From Pristiophorus japonicus (Eukaryota), in assembly GCF_044704955.1 (NCBI RefSeq), contig NW_027252779.1, forward strand, positions 7,254,001-7,318,000: DNA of 64,000 nucleotides, written 5' to 3'. The notes below the pieces were generated by a model. It saw nothing but the letters and a program-made list of their open reading frames with translations, was not told where the DNA came from and did no database searches. This document shows, in pieces, positions 23,031 through 36,304 of this stretch (its first letter is position 1; each line of letters opens with the position of its first letter). The position numbers and the translations under genes are program-made.

Positions 23031-25252
23031 GTGGATGTGCAATAGAAGTGCCATAACGTAAGGTCTACGGACAAAATGTTTGAAAGAATAATTCTGTTGG
23101 ATAGCTTTTATTCTGACACGGTGGCCCTAAAAGGCCATTATGTCTGCTGGAAATATCTATATTTCTATGATTCAATAAGCCGCCTTTTAATATGATGATT
23201 GAAGCGCTACTTTTGCACCTCAAGCAAATTCATAACTAATAATGATCGAACTCAAACAATGAAAATGCATTTATAGGACAAGCTGCAAGGCCGTGGAATG
23301 CACTGGCCCAAAGCAGCAAATGTCAAACCGGCAGCGTGTGGGCGGAAGGGCAGAGAGAGGCAAGAGAGCCACGGGAAAGCCACACAGTAGCTTCGAGAAT
23401 TCCTCCCTGACCACATCATCCTTGCACATATCACGGAAGATTTTGTTGTTAAAGATGAATAAAAGGCAAAATAAGCTTGTAACTCTTCATCTTTCTGTCC
23501 TGTTGCCAACATAGTGAAATAGTTCCAATAGGAGGCCAGCCTGCCCTGCCATTGAATTAGTTCAGGGCTGATCTGTACCATTTGCCCGCCATAATTTCAT
23601 AAATCTTGAGATCCGTGCCGAACAAAATTTCCATCAACCTGATTTATGAAATTGTCAAATGACCCCCAATCTCAACAGATTTTTAGGGTGCACGTTCTAT
23701 TTTGCTCTGTGTGAAAAACTGATTACTTACATCATCCATGATCGGGATAACACTCATGTTGTGAACATATCCAATTCTGTGGGACCCTCGCACCAGAGAA
23801 AATAGTGCATCTATCTTGCCCATATTTGGTTGCAGTTCTGAAGCAAGTCCACACGCAGAGCATTAACTGCGCCTCTGATTCAGAATTTGTGTACGTGCCT
23901 CTTTCAATGATGATACTTTGCGCCCTATCTCTGTGATTGGACGTGTTGTAGATCAGTGGTAGTGGGAGGCAACAACTGCGGGATATGGCCCATGCCAGGC
24001 ACTGCTGCTTATCATGGCTGCCTCACACCTCGCGACTGCTGCGGGGATTTGAACGCCTTCATGTGTCCCACAGGTTGAATCAGTGAGCAGTGACAAAGTT
24101 CGACCATATAAGGAAGTGCTTTTGTATGGGTGTACTTGAGGCAATACTGGATCCATATATAGGCAGGGTGTCATTGTTTGGGATAATAATGATGCAACAG
24201 GATTTCGGGAATACGTCGAACTCTCGATAATTGGACTGCATGTTTGATTCACGCCCGGGTCTCGGCCGCTTTGATACCAGATGAGTGTCTCAATAAATCG
24301 TAACCCCTCAGAATAACCACATTCACCTGTCAATATTTAGCGGTCGAATTTCTCGGAACGATGTGTGACATCCTCTCATTTATGCATTTGTTCAACCTCC
24401 GGGAAAAGATGGAGATATAAACAATTTAGAGGGAAATATTCTAAACATAACTACAAGTCAGTTTCTTTGGTCCGATTGTCCACGCTGCGCAGCTGCAGAG
24501 CAGACTAGTGCAGTGATGCAGCACAAGGTCACTTCCAGTGTCGTCAACAACCAATTCTCCCTAAAATTCTATCCCGCAGCACTGGAATGGTTCTATAGAA
24601 TAGAATGATATGGATGTATACAGCACTACCAATTGTGCAACATACGCACTCCCCAGCCCTAACGTTTCAGTGCATTTAACGTGTTTTTTGGCGTCATCAT
24701 AACATTGCCAAACTCAATCTAAGTTTTCCAGTCACAATCGTGCAGACAATCATATGGTGGGACTGTGAGGAACATGTTTGTAGACAGGGAGCGGGGCGGT
24801 TTTCCAGCTCCATCAAACAGCTTCATTTTCCGCCCTAAAAGATGTCATGCAAATATCGAATACATGTGGGGCATCTTTTTCAAAATTCTCAGCAATCTGT
24901 ACAGGTGAATCCTTGCTTGTGTTGAGTATGATGCAGGAAACATGTACAGATAATCCGTCAGTTTAAACAATGTCCCATGTGTACCGAATGTTTTGTCAAA
25001 GCGTTCAATTCGAATCTGTTTCTGGCACATTTTTCTTAACATCACAGTTAACACTGGTTTATGAATGACACGGCCCACTCCTTCCTCTAAACAAGAAATA
25101 CTAAAGCTTTGCTTTGGAACTCGCAACTGCTCCTGAACATTGTGGCACATTGGATTCTAAATGCTCACATGGAACCGCTAATAAGTTGATAAGTACGGAC
25201 ACAGCAATTGTATTTGAAAGTCGCTAGAAATCTCACAAACAAAACCATTGCC

Positions 25253-25345
25253 TGCCCATGGTGATGCTCAAACTCACAACCTCGTAATGTCCACGCCTGT
25301 ACTGTCATATCAGTAATGCGCAATAACCAATTGCGCCACTAATGC
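25253..25345 (-). pseudogene. Intron-containing tRNA-Ile(TAT) pseudogene
   Basis: Sense gcattagtggcgcaattggtta...tactgata[tgacagtacaggcgtggac]...cgaggttgtgagtttgagcatcacc matches Ile-TAT including an intron starting TGACAGT. Confidence 0.85.
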
Positions 25346-25589
25346 CACACCATGATGCGATGAGGCATCAGTACTCCCATCATACAGCTGGAATTTCCAC
25401 CGGTCTTATAAACGAGACGACATAGAATCAGACAGCTCAGAAATAGGCCATTAATCCCATTGTCTCTGTGCCGCTCACTGAAAAATGTTACAAATTATTC
25501 CCACGCCACCAATTTTGAGCTGTAGCCTTCCTTTACATTTCTGTGTATTTGCATATTTGTTACAACGCCGGACGGATATATTCACCTTG

Positions 25590-26040
25590 GAGTGAGTGCA
25601 ACGTATGTCTTTACTAATGACACACGGAATCCAGGGACATAACACAAAATTAGAGCTGTATTCCATTGAAATTGGAATGATAACGTGTGATTTGATCGAA
25701 AATGTCAAGATATTAACGGGAAATGTCAGTGTAAGCAGCGAAAAACTTTTCCCGCTGACTGGGGAATCTCGGAACAGGTGGTATAGTCAAAGAATTATAG
25801 CCAAAAGTGAAATTAAGTAACACTTCTACTCACAAATGATGGTAGAAATGTGGAACTCTCTTCTGCAAACTGAAATCGATGATAGATAAATTGTATATAT
25901 GACATTTAAATATTTGTGTCAACTAATGGTGGGATATGAGCCAAAGGCAACTATACGGAGATCATCCAATATCTCATTGAATGGTAGAACAGGCTCGATT
26001 TGCTGAATGTTCTACTCCTGTTGCTATTTTCCTATGTTCC
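25590..26040 (+). mobile_element. CR1 3' fragment, old
   Basis: Degenerate ORF2 C-terminus (CDLIENVKIL...EKLFPL) and 3' UTR/tail. Confidence 0.65.
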
Positions 26041-26179
26041 CATTCTCTCATTTGTGCAGTTGTACAAATTTAACGACTAGGCAGATGTGAATGGTTTGCA
26101 GGGAAATATTCAGCATATATCTTCAAGATTTGCACTCACCCACAAGAAGCACAAATTCATTTAGAAGCAACCGAGATAT

Positions 26180-26270
26180 GCAGAATCCGAGATAAACACA
26201 GCCAGCTGGACCTGTAATACCCTCAATGATGAAAATTCAGAGATTGCAGGTACAAGTCCCGCAGCTGCCG
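26180..26270 (+). pseudogene. Possible intron-containing tRNA-Arg(TCT) relic
   Basis: ctggacctgta[~18 nt]attcagagattgcaggtacaagtccc...ccg then TTTT resembles TTGGACTTCTA[intron]ATTCAAAGGTTGCGGGTTCGAGTCCC; the 5' third is unrecognisable. Confidence 0.45.
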
Positions 26271-26559
26271 TTTTATACATTGGTCAGACATTTTGCTATA
26301 TGCTCCGAATCCATTTTACACCCGACAGTATCCGCGGTCCATGCAGAATCTTTGTATCCAGAGCGTGAGCTGCACTTCCAGTGAAGTTTACTGATGGAAG
26401 GTGATTCTACATTGTCATTATTGTCGAGTTCCCATTTCCTGAAAGAATAAAGCCAAACAGAATGAGGGATACACATTGAATTATGAACAGAAATCGATGA
26501 CTCTGTGTCGTAAGCTCCATTTCATCGCAAAATCCACAGCCTTTTGTGGAAGAGTTCTA

Positions 26560-27240
26560 TGCAAGGAAAATCATGTGTTAACAAATTTCAGGTAGCAACC
26601 AATAGAATTTATAAGGGGGAACTAGTGGATGTGTATATTCGCATTTTGGGAAGGTATTGGACAACATGCATTCAGGATTGGTTAATAGTGAGTGGAAATG
26701 AATGCACTATTTCAGGTTGATGTGCTGTAAATAGTGGGGTTCTGCAAAGATCGGTGCTTGGGCCTCAGCTATTCACAAAATAGATCAATGATTTGGTTCA
26801 CGGGGCAAAATGTAGTGTATTCAAGTTTTCTGATGATATAAAGCTAGGTGGGAATTTAAGTTATGGGGAGGATGCAAAGATGCTTCAAGGGAATATAAAC
26901 AGGCTAAGTGAGTGGGCAAGAATGTGGCAAATCAAATATTGTGTTTATAAATGTGACGTTTTCCACTTTTGGAGAAACAATAGTGAAGCAGAGATTTATT
27001 AAATGATGATAGATTGAAAATATTGGTTTTCCGAGGTAACTTGGTGTCCTTGTACACGAATCACGGAAAGATAACATGCAGGTATAGCAAGCAATGAAGA
27101 GAGGAATAGGTATGTCGGCTTTATTACAAAAAGACTTGAATGTAAGAGTGAAGATGTCTTACTGTAATTATATACGGCACTGGTGAGAGCACACCTGGAG
27201 TATTGTGAACAGTTTTGGAGTCATTACCTAAGGCATGATG
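26560..27240 (+). mobile_element. CR1 RT fragment
   Basis: CSVFKFSDDIKLGG...LQGNINRLSEWARMWQ. Confidence 0.8.
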
Positions 27241-28085
27241 TGAGTGTTCCTGTAAGGAAATATTAAGTACACTAGGTCTAGATTCTGGAAATCTTGGATC
27301 TAACGTGAAGGAGCTGTCCACTTTCTTCGTCATTTACCCAACAAGGAAACATCTTCTCTTTATGTACCGTAATGAATATCTTACACGTTCAAAAAAGCAG
27401 ATCATTCCTCAATTTGCGTCCAGAAGCTCAAGAAATGCACCAGTAGCGAAAGTATATTTTAGAACGGATTGTGAGCCTGTGGAATTATGTGGCCCAGAGC
27501 AGGAGATTTAAAAGCATGATTAAAACTGGCAGTATGTAGGAGGAAGTGGAGAGAGAGGCTAGTGAGTCACAGCTAAGTTCACCTTGGAAACCGCTGGCCC
27601 ACAATGTGCATTACATCCTCCCATTGGCTTTTAAACACATTTGATGTCATATTCATACATTGAAGCATTTGAACAATATTTGAGATTTGAAGCTGTCTCT
27701 GGATTAAATAACTGGTTGATATATTTGAACTCAACCACAGTATTTAGGAACTAGCCATGGATATTTAGCTTCAACCTAGAATCAGTTTATACACAGGGGA
27801 CAAGATTTCAGCAGTCTGCGGGCAGGGAGCAGAGCCTGAGCTGATCTGTGTCTTGTGGGAGAAATTCCTGCTGTCAATTGTCATTATCCTCAGAATAGCT
27901 TATACAGTTCTCAATATTTTACATTACTGTTAAGTATAGGAACATTTCTTTTATTGTAATGGTCACTGTGGATCTTTTCGATTTGATGAATTTGAAGTAA
28001 TTTTAATATCACAAAATCGTTATTGCCACTTGTACATAGGGTCAGTGTGTTAAGAATTTAGATTGTTGGAGGCGGCTTTGCTGCA

Positions 28086-28164
28086 GCTGCGATGGCCGAG
28101 CGGATAAGACTTTGGACTTGAAATCCAATGGGCAGTCCCCTGGATCTGAGTCCCATCCTTGCCC
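28086..28164 (+). pseudogene. tRNA-Ser(TGA) pseudogene
   Basis: gctgcgatggccgagcggataagactttggacttgaaatccaatggg matches the Ser-TGA 5' two-thirds; the 3' end is divergent. Confidence 0.85.
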
Positions 28165-28655
28165 AAGCTGAAGTGGGGGAGTTTTGTTTTGCTGCCTTAC
28201 TCTAATTGCACAAAGCAGCATGTTCTAAATTTCACCCACTCCTTGCACGAAGCTGTTGAAATTGTAAGATATGAGCAACGTGAATTATCAAGCAAAGTGG
28301 AGAATGAAGTGGTGAAAATGTCTCGACAGGTGCTGCCTGAGCTGCTGAATATTTCCAACATTTTCAGTTTCAATTTTATGCCACGGCTTTCAAAACCCAC
28401 TTTGCTCAGTGTATCAGGGAGTCTAAGCGTTCCTTAATGGGGGAAGGAAAGCAACGCTCTGGTTGAATGAGAATGCATGAGGGACGCTTCGGAGTGAGCA
28501 GAGAGTCTAGATGTCACCGAGGGTTTATCAGTGAGACTAGTGGATCAAGAGTTGAAATCTTCTAAACATCGTTTTCTGGAAGGATGAATCAACTGGGCCG
28601 AAAAATGCCCTCCATCAGAATCCACAAAAATATTCTGCATCAGTAAACGACTAAA

Positions 28656-28738
28656 CATCAAAGATGGTATGCGAGCCCACGCTTCCCACGGAGACTACGA
28701 CCTGAACACAGTGCTTCAGACCGCTCAGCCTTCCTGCC
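28656..28738 (-). pseudogene. tRNA-Leu(CAG) pseudogene
   Basis: cccacgcttcc...ggagactacgacctgaacacagtgcttcagaccgctcagccttcctg is the reverse complement of Leu-CAG with substitutions. Confidence 0.85.
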
Positions 28739-30044
28739 TTTTGGAGGCATAATTCGGTGTCACGAGGTGTACTCACTAAGGCAAATAAAACTTTCCAGTC
28801 ACTTCGGCACTCGCTAAAATTTGATGGAAAGCCGAGTTACCAGGACATAACATCCCAAGATTTGATCAACAGCATCGGTCCTAGCACAAATCACTGTAGA
28901 ACACCTGTTCCCCCCTTTGCTACAATTAAAGCCTCTTTTCTGTTTACTATTCTGTAGCAAGAATGCCATCCAGTCTTCTAATTCCTTACAGTCTATCAAA
29001 GCTTTGCCGCACCTGTCTTTAAATGGCCTTCATTTTAGCTTGACACTCTGATTTTCTTAATATACTGAAATTAACTTGTGTTGCTAACTTTCAAGTTAGT
29101 TGCACGTTTTTTGCTATCAACTTTTTGCATATTTTGTTACTTTGGTTATTTCGCTTTGCTGATTTTTATTGCTCTCACATTCCGCTTGTTTTCCACATAT
29201 CGCTGCATTTGAGTAAGAGCTTTCTTTTACCTTGCTGCTTTATCTCATTTATTTTGTTGACCAACATTCATATAACTGTTAGGAGGATGTACCGTTTCTT
29301 TCTTGTCTCGAATTCCTCTTCGAGATTGTCCCACTGTTGGTCTGTGCATTTCCCCGTTAACTATCCTGACCAGTTAGCTGTGGTTCATTCATCTGTCATC
29401 GCTTCAGATTCGTCTTACTTTCAGTGAAAACCAAGGTTTCTGCCTCTTCAGTCGAATATCAAATTCAATCATGTTACTTAAATTAATTGCAAGTCGTTAA
29501 CTCACCTTCAGTTTGGTAAAGGATTCTCGTCGCTTGTTGATCATTAAATCTCATTTGACCAGTTCCTTTGTCAGATCTAAAAAAATATTGTGCTAAATGT
29601 TCCATATATATTAAGACATATACTGCGTTTACTAGTTAAACTGCTCTGCTTCTCTCAGTCTGTGAAAATTAAAATCTCCCACTAACATCACTTAACTTTA
29701 TGGTGGAGCAAATGTGATATAAAGTTGACACGGAGTGCGCAATCTTATGAAGGATAAAGTATCATGTTTAGCTCGTTAGTTGGGCCAAAGCAAGACAAAA
29801 TATCAGGCTCGGACAGGATATATTCCAGGATTCCGAAGGATATGAGGGAGCAATTTCCCACGGCCTTGTGAAGCTGCATGTGAGGACTCTAGCGACTGTG
29901 GTAATGTGCTGGTAAGCTCGTGCGTTGACAATGTAATATCAATGTTTTAAAACATATTTAGGGGTAATCATGGATAATTACAGGAACGCTACCTTTACAT
30001 CTGTGGTAAGGAACCTTTCAGAGTCCTTATTCAAGGAGGAATAT

Positions 30045-30305
30045 GCCTCTCTCTCGATATATATATATATATATCCCGTGCTCTCTCTATCCTTCACTGT
30101 CACACTTTCTCCCTCACTCTCTATATTTCTTTCTCTCTACCTTTCACTAACTCTCTCTGTATCTCTCCCTCCCTCACTCTATCCCTTTCTCTCTCTCTCT
30201 GTCTCTCTGAATCTCTCTCTCTCCCATTCTCCCCCTTTTACTCTCTGTCTGTTACTTTCTCTGTCACACTCTCTGTATGGCTCTCTTTCACATGTCCCTC
30301 CTTCT
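30045..30305. repeat. (AT)n plus degenerate (CT)n low-complexity tract
   Basis: Directly visible pyrimidine-rich dinucleotide tract. Confidence 0.9.
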
Positions 30306-30924
30306 TTAAAGCTGAACAGCACCATACAATCACTGCCTGTCTAGGGGTGAGTCACTACTTGGAATCACTAGGTATACACCCTCCTCCTGAGATGGGAAGC
30401 CAGGAGAGAGTTAGGCACACGCAAACAATTATGGAAATGGTGAATAATGGCGTCATATTTATTTGGTAGATATTTCTAACATTTTATAGTATTCTATTTG
30501 AGAGACTGCACAACGCAATGGCTCGCTGTCGCTGCGCATGCATATTCCCCTCTCTCTCTCCCCCTCTCTAGCTCTGCTGCAATATTTTTTACCTGACTCA
30601 GATTCTATCCCTGTGTGTGTAAGTCTCTCCATATTTAATGCTCTATCAATCGACCTCTGCCTCTACTTGCTGCTGTGTTTGGACTTGTGCGTGCATCTTT
30701 ATCAATGAAAGGGTAAAAATCATTCAGCCCCTCGAACCTGCTCCGCCATTCACTTACCTCAAAGCTGATTTGTATCTTCACTCCTTTGTTCCTCTAAACT
30801 TAACGAACCTTATATAAAAAATATCTATGGATCCCAGTTGAAGTTTTGCTCTGCTCGCTTCTCATTCTGTTTATTGGAATTCCTCTGCAGGTCAGGAAGT
30901 TTGTGCAGGGAAAAGAAGAATGAA

Positions 30925-31680
30925 CGTTTCAGATTCTCAGACTGGAAGGAAGTTTTGAGTGGTGTTCGGCAGGGTCCATGTCAAGAACGCTGCTGTTGTG
31001 ACACAGAATATGGACCTGAACTTGGATAATTTTAAAGTTTGTAGGTGATGCGAAAAGCAGTAACACAGTAAACAGTGAAAAGGACAGATTAAAAGAGGGC
31101 ATACACAGACTGGTGAAATGGGTAAACACATGGCCGATTAAAGTAAAGCATAGAAGTGTGACGTTTTATATTTTGGTACGAATAATAAGCAGTGCCAATC
31201 GGAAATACATGTAGAATTTGAAAGGGCCCGATTATTTCCTTTAATCAGCTCCCTCTGGAGTTCGTTGGCCCCGAACGTGGTCAGACTTCTTTCCTTGCAT
31301 ATTATTGTTCCGTCATTTAATCAACAATTTTATAGAGGTTGGAGTAACAAGGATACTCGCGTTGTGCAGAAACAAAAACTTTGAAGGTGACAGCAAAAGT
31401 TGACAAGAACGTTAAAAAAAGTTAATGGGATCCTTCCATTTATAGATCGAGGAATACCGCTCAAAAACAAGGAAGTTATGCTGAAACGTTATGAAATATT
31501 GGTGAGGCCTCAGCTGGAATTTATTTAGCAGACTTTTACCACGGACTAGGGATCTCAGTGATGCAAAGAGATTGGAGATGCTGCTATTATTTTCTTCAGA
31601 GCAAGGAAAGGAAAGAGAAGACAGCAATGTTCAAAATAATGAAAGTTTTTGAAGGAGTTAATCAGGAAAAAACGCTGTTT
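30925..31680 (+). mobile_element. CR1 RT fragment, old, with ~100-bp insert near 31225-31325
   Basis: FSDWKEVLSGVRQG motif, kfvgd.k (FADD-like) motif and lvrpqle motif. Confidence 0.65.
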
Positions 31681-31694
31681 TATATTCACGTTAA

Positions 31695-31765
31695 AGGTGA
31701 TAAAATTTCACAGCTCATGACCTTCGGTTTACGAGACCGACGACTTACTAATTGGCCACCGTGCC
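31695..31765 (-). pseudogene. tRNA-Thr(CGT) pseudogene
   Basis: Sense ggcacggtggccaattagtaagtcgtcggtctcgtaaaccgaagg has an intact Thr-CGT anticodon arm; the T-arm is degraded. Confidence 0.85.
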
Positions 31766-32199
31766 CTCGTGAATAATTGGATTGAAACTTCCTGAGTTTC
31801 GATTCTCAAGTCAATTAAGTTGAAACAGCACAGGCACAAATATATAGAAGAAACATTCGATAGTGGAGCAAGTGAACCACTTCATTGATAGGGAATCTTT
31901 CATAGATTGTAGAATATTAGGTTGATTTATCAGAAAAGGAGATAATTCGGCTCATCGTGCTCCTGAAAGGGCTGCGCAAATATTCCCAAATCTTTCAGCC
32001 ACCGCGCCCCCCGACCCTGCAAATATTCCACCAAGTTTTTATCCAATTCCCTTTTTAAGTTATGATTGAATCTGCTTCTACAACCGTTTGAGGCATTTTA
32101 TTATAGATTGTAACAACACAGAGCATGAACTGAACAATTCTCCAGAACTCCCATCTGGTTCTCTTGCCAATTAACTTCAATCTGTTGTCCTGTGAATGT

Positions 32200-32625
32200 G
32201 GCCATGACTGGAGAATTTTGCTTATAGGTAAAGATTGGATCGGCTGGTGTCGTGTTCTTTGAATGTTAGGTTGCTGAGGGGAGATATAATTGTGTTGTAT
32301 AAATTTATGACCGTCCGAGATAGAGCTGGTAGGAAGCAGTTATTTCACTTAGCAGAGACGTCAATAACCAGGGTGCATATATTAACAGTAATTTGTTGAA
32401 GCTTTACAGTGGAGTTAAGGAGAAACGTGATTCACCCGGAGGAAGGTGTTGATCTGGAACTCTCTGTCTGAAAGGGTCGTAAATGTCGAGACATCCTCAA
32501 CACATGTAATTGAATGCCATAAACGGAGCAAAAGCTATTAAGTGGGATTAGCCTGGATAGCTCCTTGTCGACCGGAACAGACAGGGTGGGCCGTATGGTC
32601 TCCGTCTGTGCGTGAATTGCTGTAA
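32200..32625 (+). mobile_element. CR1 3' end, old
   Basis: ctgaggggagatataattg (LRGDII) ... ctggaactctctg ... gggccgtatggtctcc 3' UTR. Confidence 0.65.
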
Positions 32626-33134
32626 TAATATGACTGAAAGAAATCGTCGAGGGGGTGGGGGGTCCTCATCCATGTCCTGGGCATATCTGTAACCCACCAG
32701 CAACATCAGCGGTGGGATACTGTTGCGTAATACTTGGCTGCCCCCGTTAACTCAATTACATCCAATGCATCTCCTTCAAGAAGTAGTTCGTTTTCTGTAA
32801 ATCACGTTAAAAACATTTTCATTCAAGGGATAAGGGTGTAGCTAGCAAAGCAAACATTTATTGTCCATCTCTAATTGCCCTTGGGAATGTGGTGATGAGC
32901 CACCATCTTGAAACACTACAGTGCATGAGGTGAAGGTACTATGAAGCAAGCAAACATACATGTGACTTCCAGTTCAATCCCTTAATCAGTAGACCATCCT
33001 GGTGATTGAATCAGTAAAATGCAATTTTAGAAAATTGAAAAATTAATTCCACATTAAAGTACCGAAGTAGTGTAATTATAGAGATTTGAAACGTGCTGTG
33101 AGAAAAAAGTAACCTCTGTTACTTTCCAGTTTTC

Positions 33135-34850
33135 TGGCCCTCATTAGCCTTTTGGGCGTCCGATCGCTCTGCATCAGCATCCCTCATCAACAAGGCATGA
33201 CGGCCCTCCGCTGCTTCCTTGAATAGAGTCCAACCAGTCTGGCAAACCCTTCCTCCACCTGGCTGAACTTGCATTGAGCTTACCTTGAACTGCTTGTCGT
33301 TTGAATATAGTCACCTCCTCCAAATAAAGTGAGCTGCTATGTAAATCCATATGGGTTCTAGCTATGCCTGCATTTCTGTAGGATAGGTGTCATTTTGTTT
33401 GTTCCACTCATACTCAGGTCCCATCCCCTAATTCCTTTTCTATGTCATTGATGATTTTGCCAGCAAATCGAAAATTTCAACAACCTTGTTTCCAATGTTA
33501 AAACTTCCCTCAGCTTTACATGATCCATCTCCGACGCTTCCCTTCCCATCCTTGACAAAGCTATCTCCATTTCTGAGGGTAGGTTATACCTATATTTAGA
33601 GTAAACCCACTGACTCCCAAATCTAACTTGAATGCACATCTGCCCACCTGCTTACTGTAAGGACTCTATTCCATTCTGCAAGATTCTCCATCTCCGTCAC
33701 ATCTGCTCTGACTATACCACCTTCCATACCAGTGCTTAAAATATACCCTCCCTTTTCCACAACAGAGGAATCCCCTGAACCAGTGTGAAGACATCCGTTG
33801 ACCGTGCCGGTACCATTTCATGCACGTGCTCCCATCCCTTCCCTTCCCTCCCTAAACTACGATAGGGATCCCTTGTCTTCACCTTTCACTCTACCAGCTT
33901 CCACATTAAATGAATTATCCTCACCCATTTCCGCCACCTCCAGCGTGATTCCACCAGCAAATACACCTTGTCCTCCCCTCCCTTTTCAGCATTCCAAAGG
34001 GGCCATTCACTACATGTTGCCCTGATCCGCTCTCCAGTCGCCCGCAACATCACTTCGATTCACAGATCAACTTCCCATGCAGGCACAGGAGATGCAAAAC
34101 CTGCCCTTTTTCCTCCTCCCTTCCCAAAGTCCAGGATCCCAAACAGACTTTATAGGTAAAACAACGATTTACTGCTAATTCTTTCAATTTCGCATACTGC
34201 GTTCGCGGAAGTATCCTCTACTTTGGGAAGCCCAAAAACAATTTTTTGGAGATACTTTTGCTGGACACCTCAGTTCAGTCCAGAAGCCTAACCCCGAGCT
34301 TCCGGTCGTCAGTCTTTTTAATTCTCCACACCACTCACACTCTGACCTCTCTGAAATCAATCTTCTACAGTGGTCCCATGAAGCTCACATAAGCTCAGGA
34401 ACAGCAGCTCATCTTTCGATTCAGCAGTTTACAGACTTCCAGACTGAACATTGACGTCAACAATTTCAGTTTAGATATTCTGCTTCTATTTTCTCGGACA
34501 ATAACATTCAGTAGTGATTCTGTTGTTCCCTCTTACACTTATTCTTGAGGCACATTTTTTTCTTGAAGTGACTCATTACCATCCCCTTTCGCTTTTGTCA
34601 TGTAAGCACGCTGCTTTCCACCGTGTTGCAGATCATCTCTTTTGTTCTTGATTACCCGTCTTATTTCCCTGCTTCCGTGCTTGATTAAAACTTGTTACAT
34701 CGCAAATTTTTTCCAGTTCTGATGAAATTACATCGGTCTGAACCGATAACTCTCTTTCTCTCTTCACTAATGCTGCTTGACCTGATGAGTCTGTCCTTTA
34801 ATTTCAGTTTGTATTTCAGATTGCCACATCCCCAGTATTTTGCTTTTGAA
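33135..34850 (+). mobile_element. Penelope-like element (RT plus GIY-YIG remnants and terminal repeat), decayed
   Basis: Remnants of DV.SL..SIPH, QIK..AM...MG.SYAC, LP.LD, PT.S..Y and YC...LY.G motifs; terminal segment ctgatgaa...atgctgcttgacctg...cagtattttgctttt. Confidence 0.75.
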
Positions 34851-34877
34851 AATATAACATCAGTGCTATGGAGGAGA

Positions 34878-34948
34878 GGGTCGGTTATCAAGCGATAATG
34901 CGTCGGTCCTTTAAATGAAAACGTTCAGGTTCAACCCCGTCCGTGCTG
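34878..34948 (+). pseudogene. tRNA-Thr(CGT)-type pseudogene
   Basis: gcgtcggtc...taaa...ggttcaaccccgtccgtgc matches Thr-CGT (GGTTCGAACCCCGTCCGTGCC). Confidence 0.7.
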
Positions 34949-35681
34949 TCATAAAAGTACATGGTTGACCCCCTGGTGTTTTGTGCATCATATAATGATC
35001 TCAGGTGATAATAATTCAGCAGGTCCACTGACCCGAAAGGTTCAAGGTCCATTAAATTCGTCTCAGTCCGTTCATTTTTCCAATCTTTTGCCAATTATCT
35101 TAACCTGAAGTCAGCTGTTCAACAACTTTATTATATGTTTTCCACACGAACCACATCTTGCTAGAGGACTGAGTATCCGAGAATGACACAGAACTGAAAG
35201 AGGCTATTCGGCCATTAATCACTTTGCCTGCTTTGTGCTATCCAATTTGACCAAACCGCTACATTTTCCACTTAGCACTGCAATTTATTATTGTTAATAA
35301 TAACATTAATAACTTTTATTTATAGAGCACATTTAACGTATTAAAACACCCCGAGGCGCTTCAAAACAGTGTTACATACAGTAAATTATGTTAATCAAAT
35401 TTTAGCACATTTTATTCACATCTAGCTTTAATCAGTGTACTTGTAATTGCATGATGTTAAAGAAATAATCCGTAATTCGCAACGCATGTACATTTTCTTC
35501 AGGAATCAAAGCACCACTTGAAAAATCGTCCAACCATGGCTAAAAAGAGACATAAAAGAAAGTAGTAGAAGAAACAAAGACAGGGATAACATTGACAATA
35601 AGAGTACTACGCCTGATGATAGGGGGAATTTTAGAATTTGGAAAAGTAGACCAATATAGGTGCTTAGATCTCTGTGTGCAC

Positions 35682-35831
35682 TCAGTCCCAGATCATTCTG
35701 TGCATGTTTAAAAGGGATGTACTGTCAATCCCAAATCATTCTGTGTCATTATAAAAGTGACGTGCTGTCAGTCCCGGATCATTCTGTGTCATTATAAAAG
35801 GGACGTAGTCTCAGTCCAGGATCATTCTGTG
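35682..35831. repeat. 43-bp minisatellite, ~3.5 copies
   Basis: Unit tcagtcccagatcattctgtgtcattataaaagggacgtgctg starting at 35682, 35725, 35768 and 35811. Confidence 0.9.
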
Positions 35832-36304
35832 CGTGTGCCTGTTTGAAATTAGTTTGATTAAAGCTGTGAATTTCTTAGATGATAATTTAGAAAGCGCAAA
35901 GGGTTTCCCTGCTGATGGCGCATATGTTGAATAATTCAAAATGTATTTAGCTTTTCGTAAAACCGTTTCTGTAATCATAGTAGGGACGCTGAAAAATCTC
36001 GCAATTCTCTCCACAACAAAGTGACCTAGCGATGGTTGCAGACACGTGGACGAATGGCTAATGCATATGAATTCAATATTAATCGTGATGTTATCAGAAT
36101 ATTGCAGTTCGGGTTGTGCCCCGATTGCTTAACTCAGTGGGCAAAACGTATTCTACTGTGTTCCGAATCTCCCCTTAAAACGATCAGTTCTGATAGTTTC
36201 TCACCTGAAGTTATGGAAAAGCCGCATAATCCTTTTGCTTGCAGAGACTGATTCTACGTTGTCCACATTGTCGATCTGGGAGCACGCGCAGGGCGAGCGG
36301 TGAA

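Noticed and set aside
24030-24060. Reverse B-box-like ggggatttgaacgcc
   Set aside because: No matching A box or anticodon arm could be aligned.
29970-30344. Hydrophobic Ser/Leu-rich ORFs here and at 52676-53130
   Set aside because: Translation artefacts of (CT)n tracts.
31266-31282. tggccccgaacgtgg resembling a tRNA-Lys primer-binding site
   Set aside because: Short imperfect match with no recognisable LTR or retroviral sequence around it.
36120-36195. Possible tRNA-Tyr relic
   Set aside because: Only an A-box-like taactcagtggg and actgt are similar; too degenerate to support.
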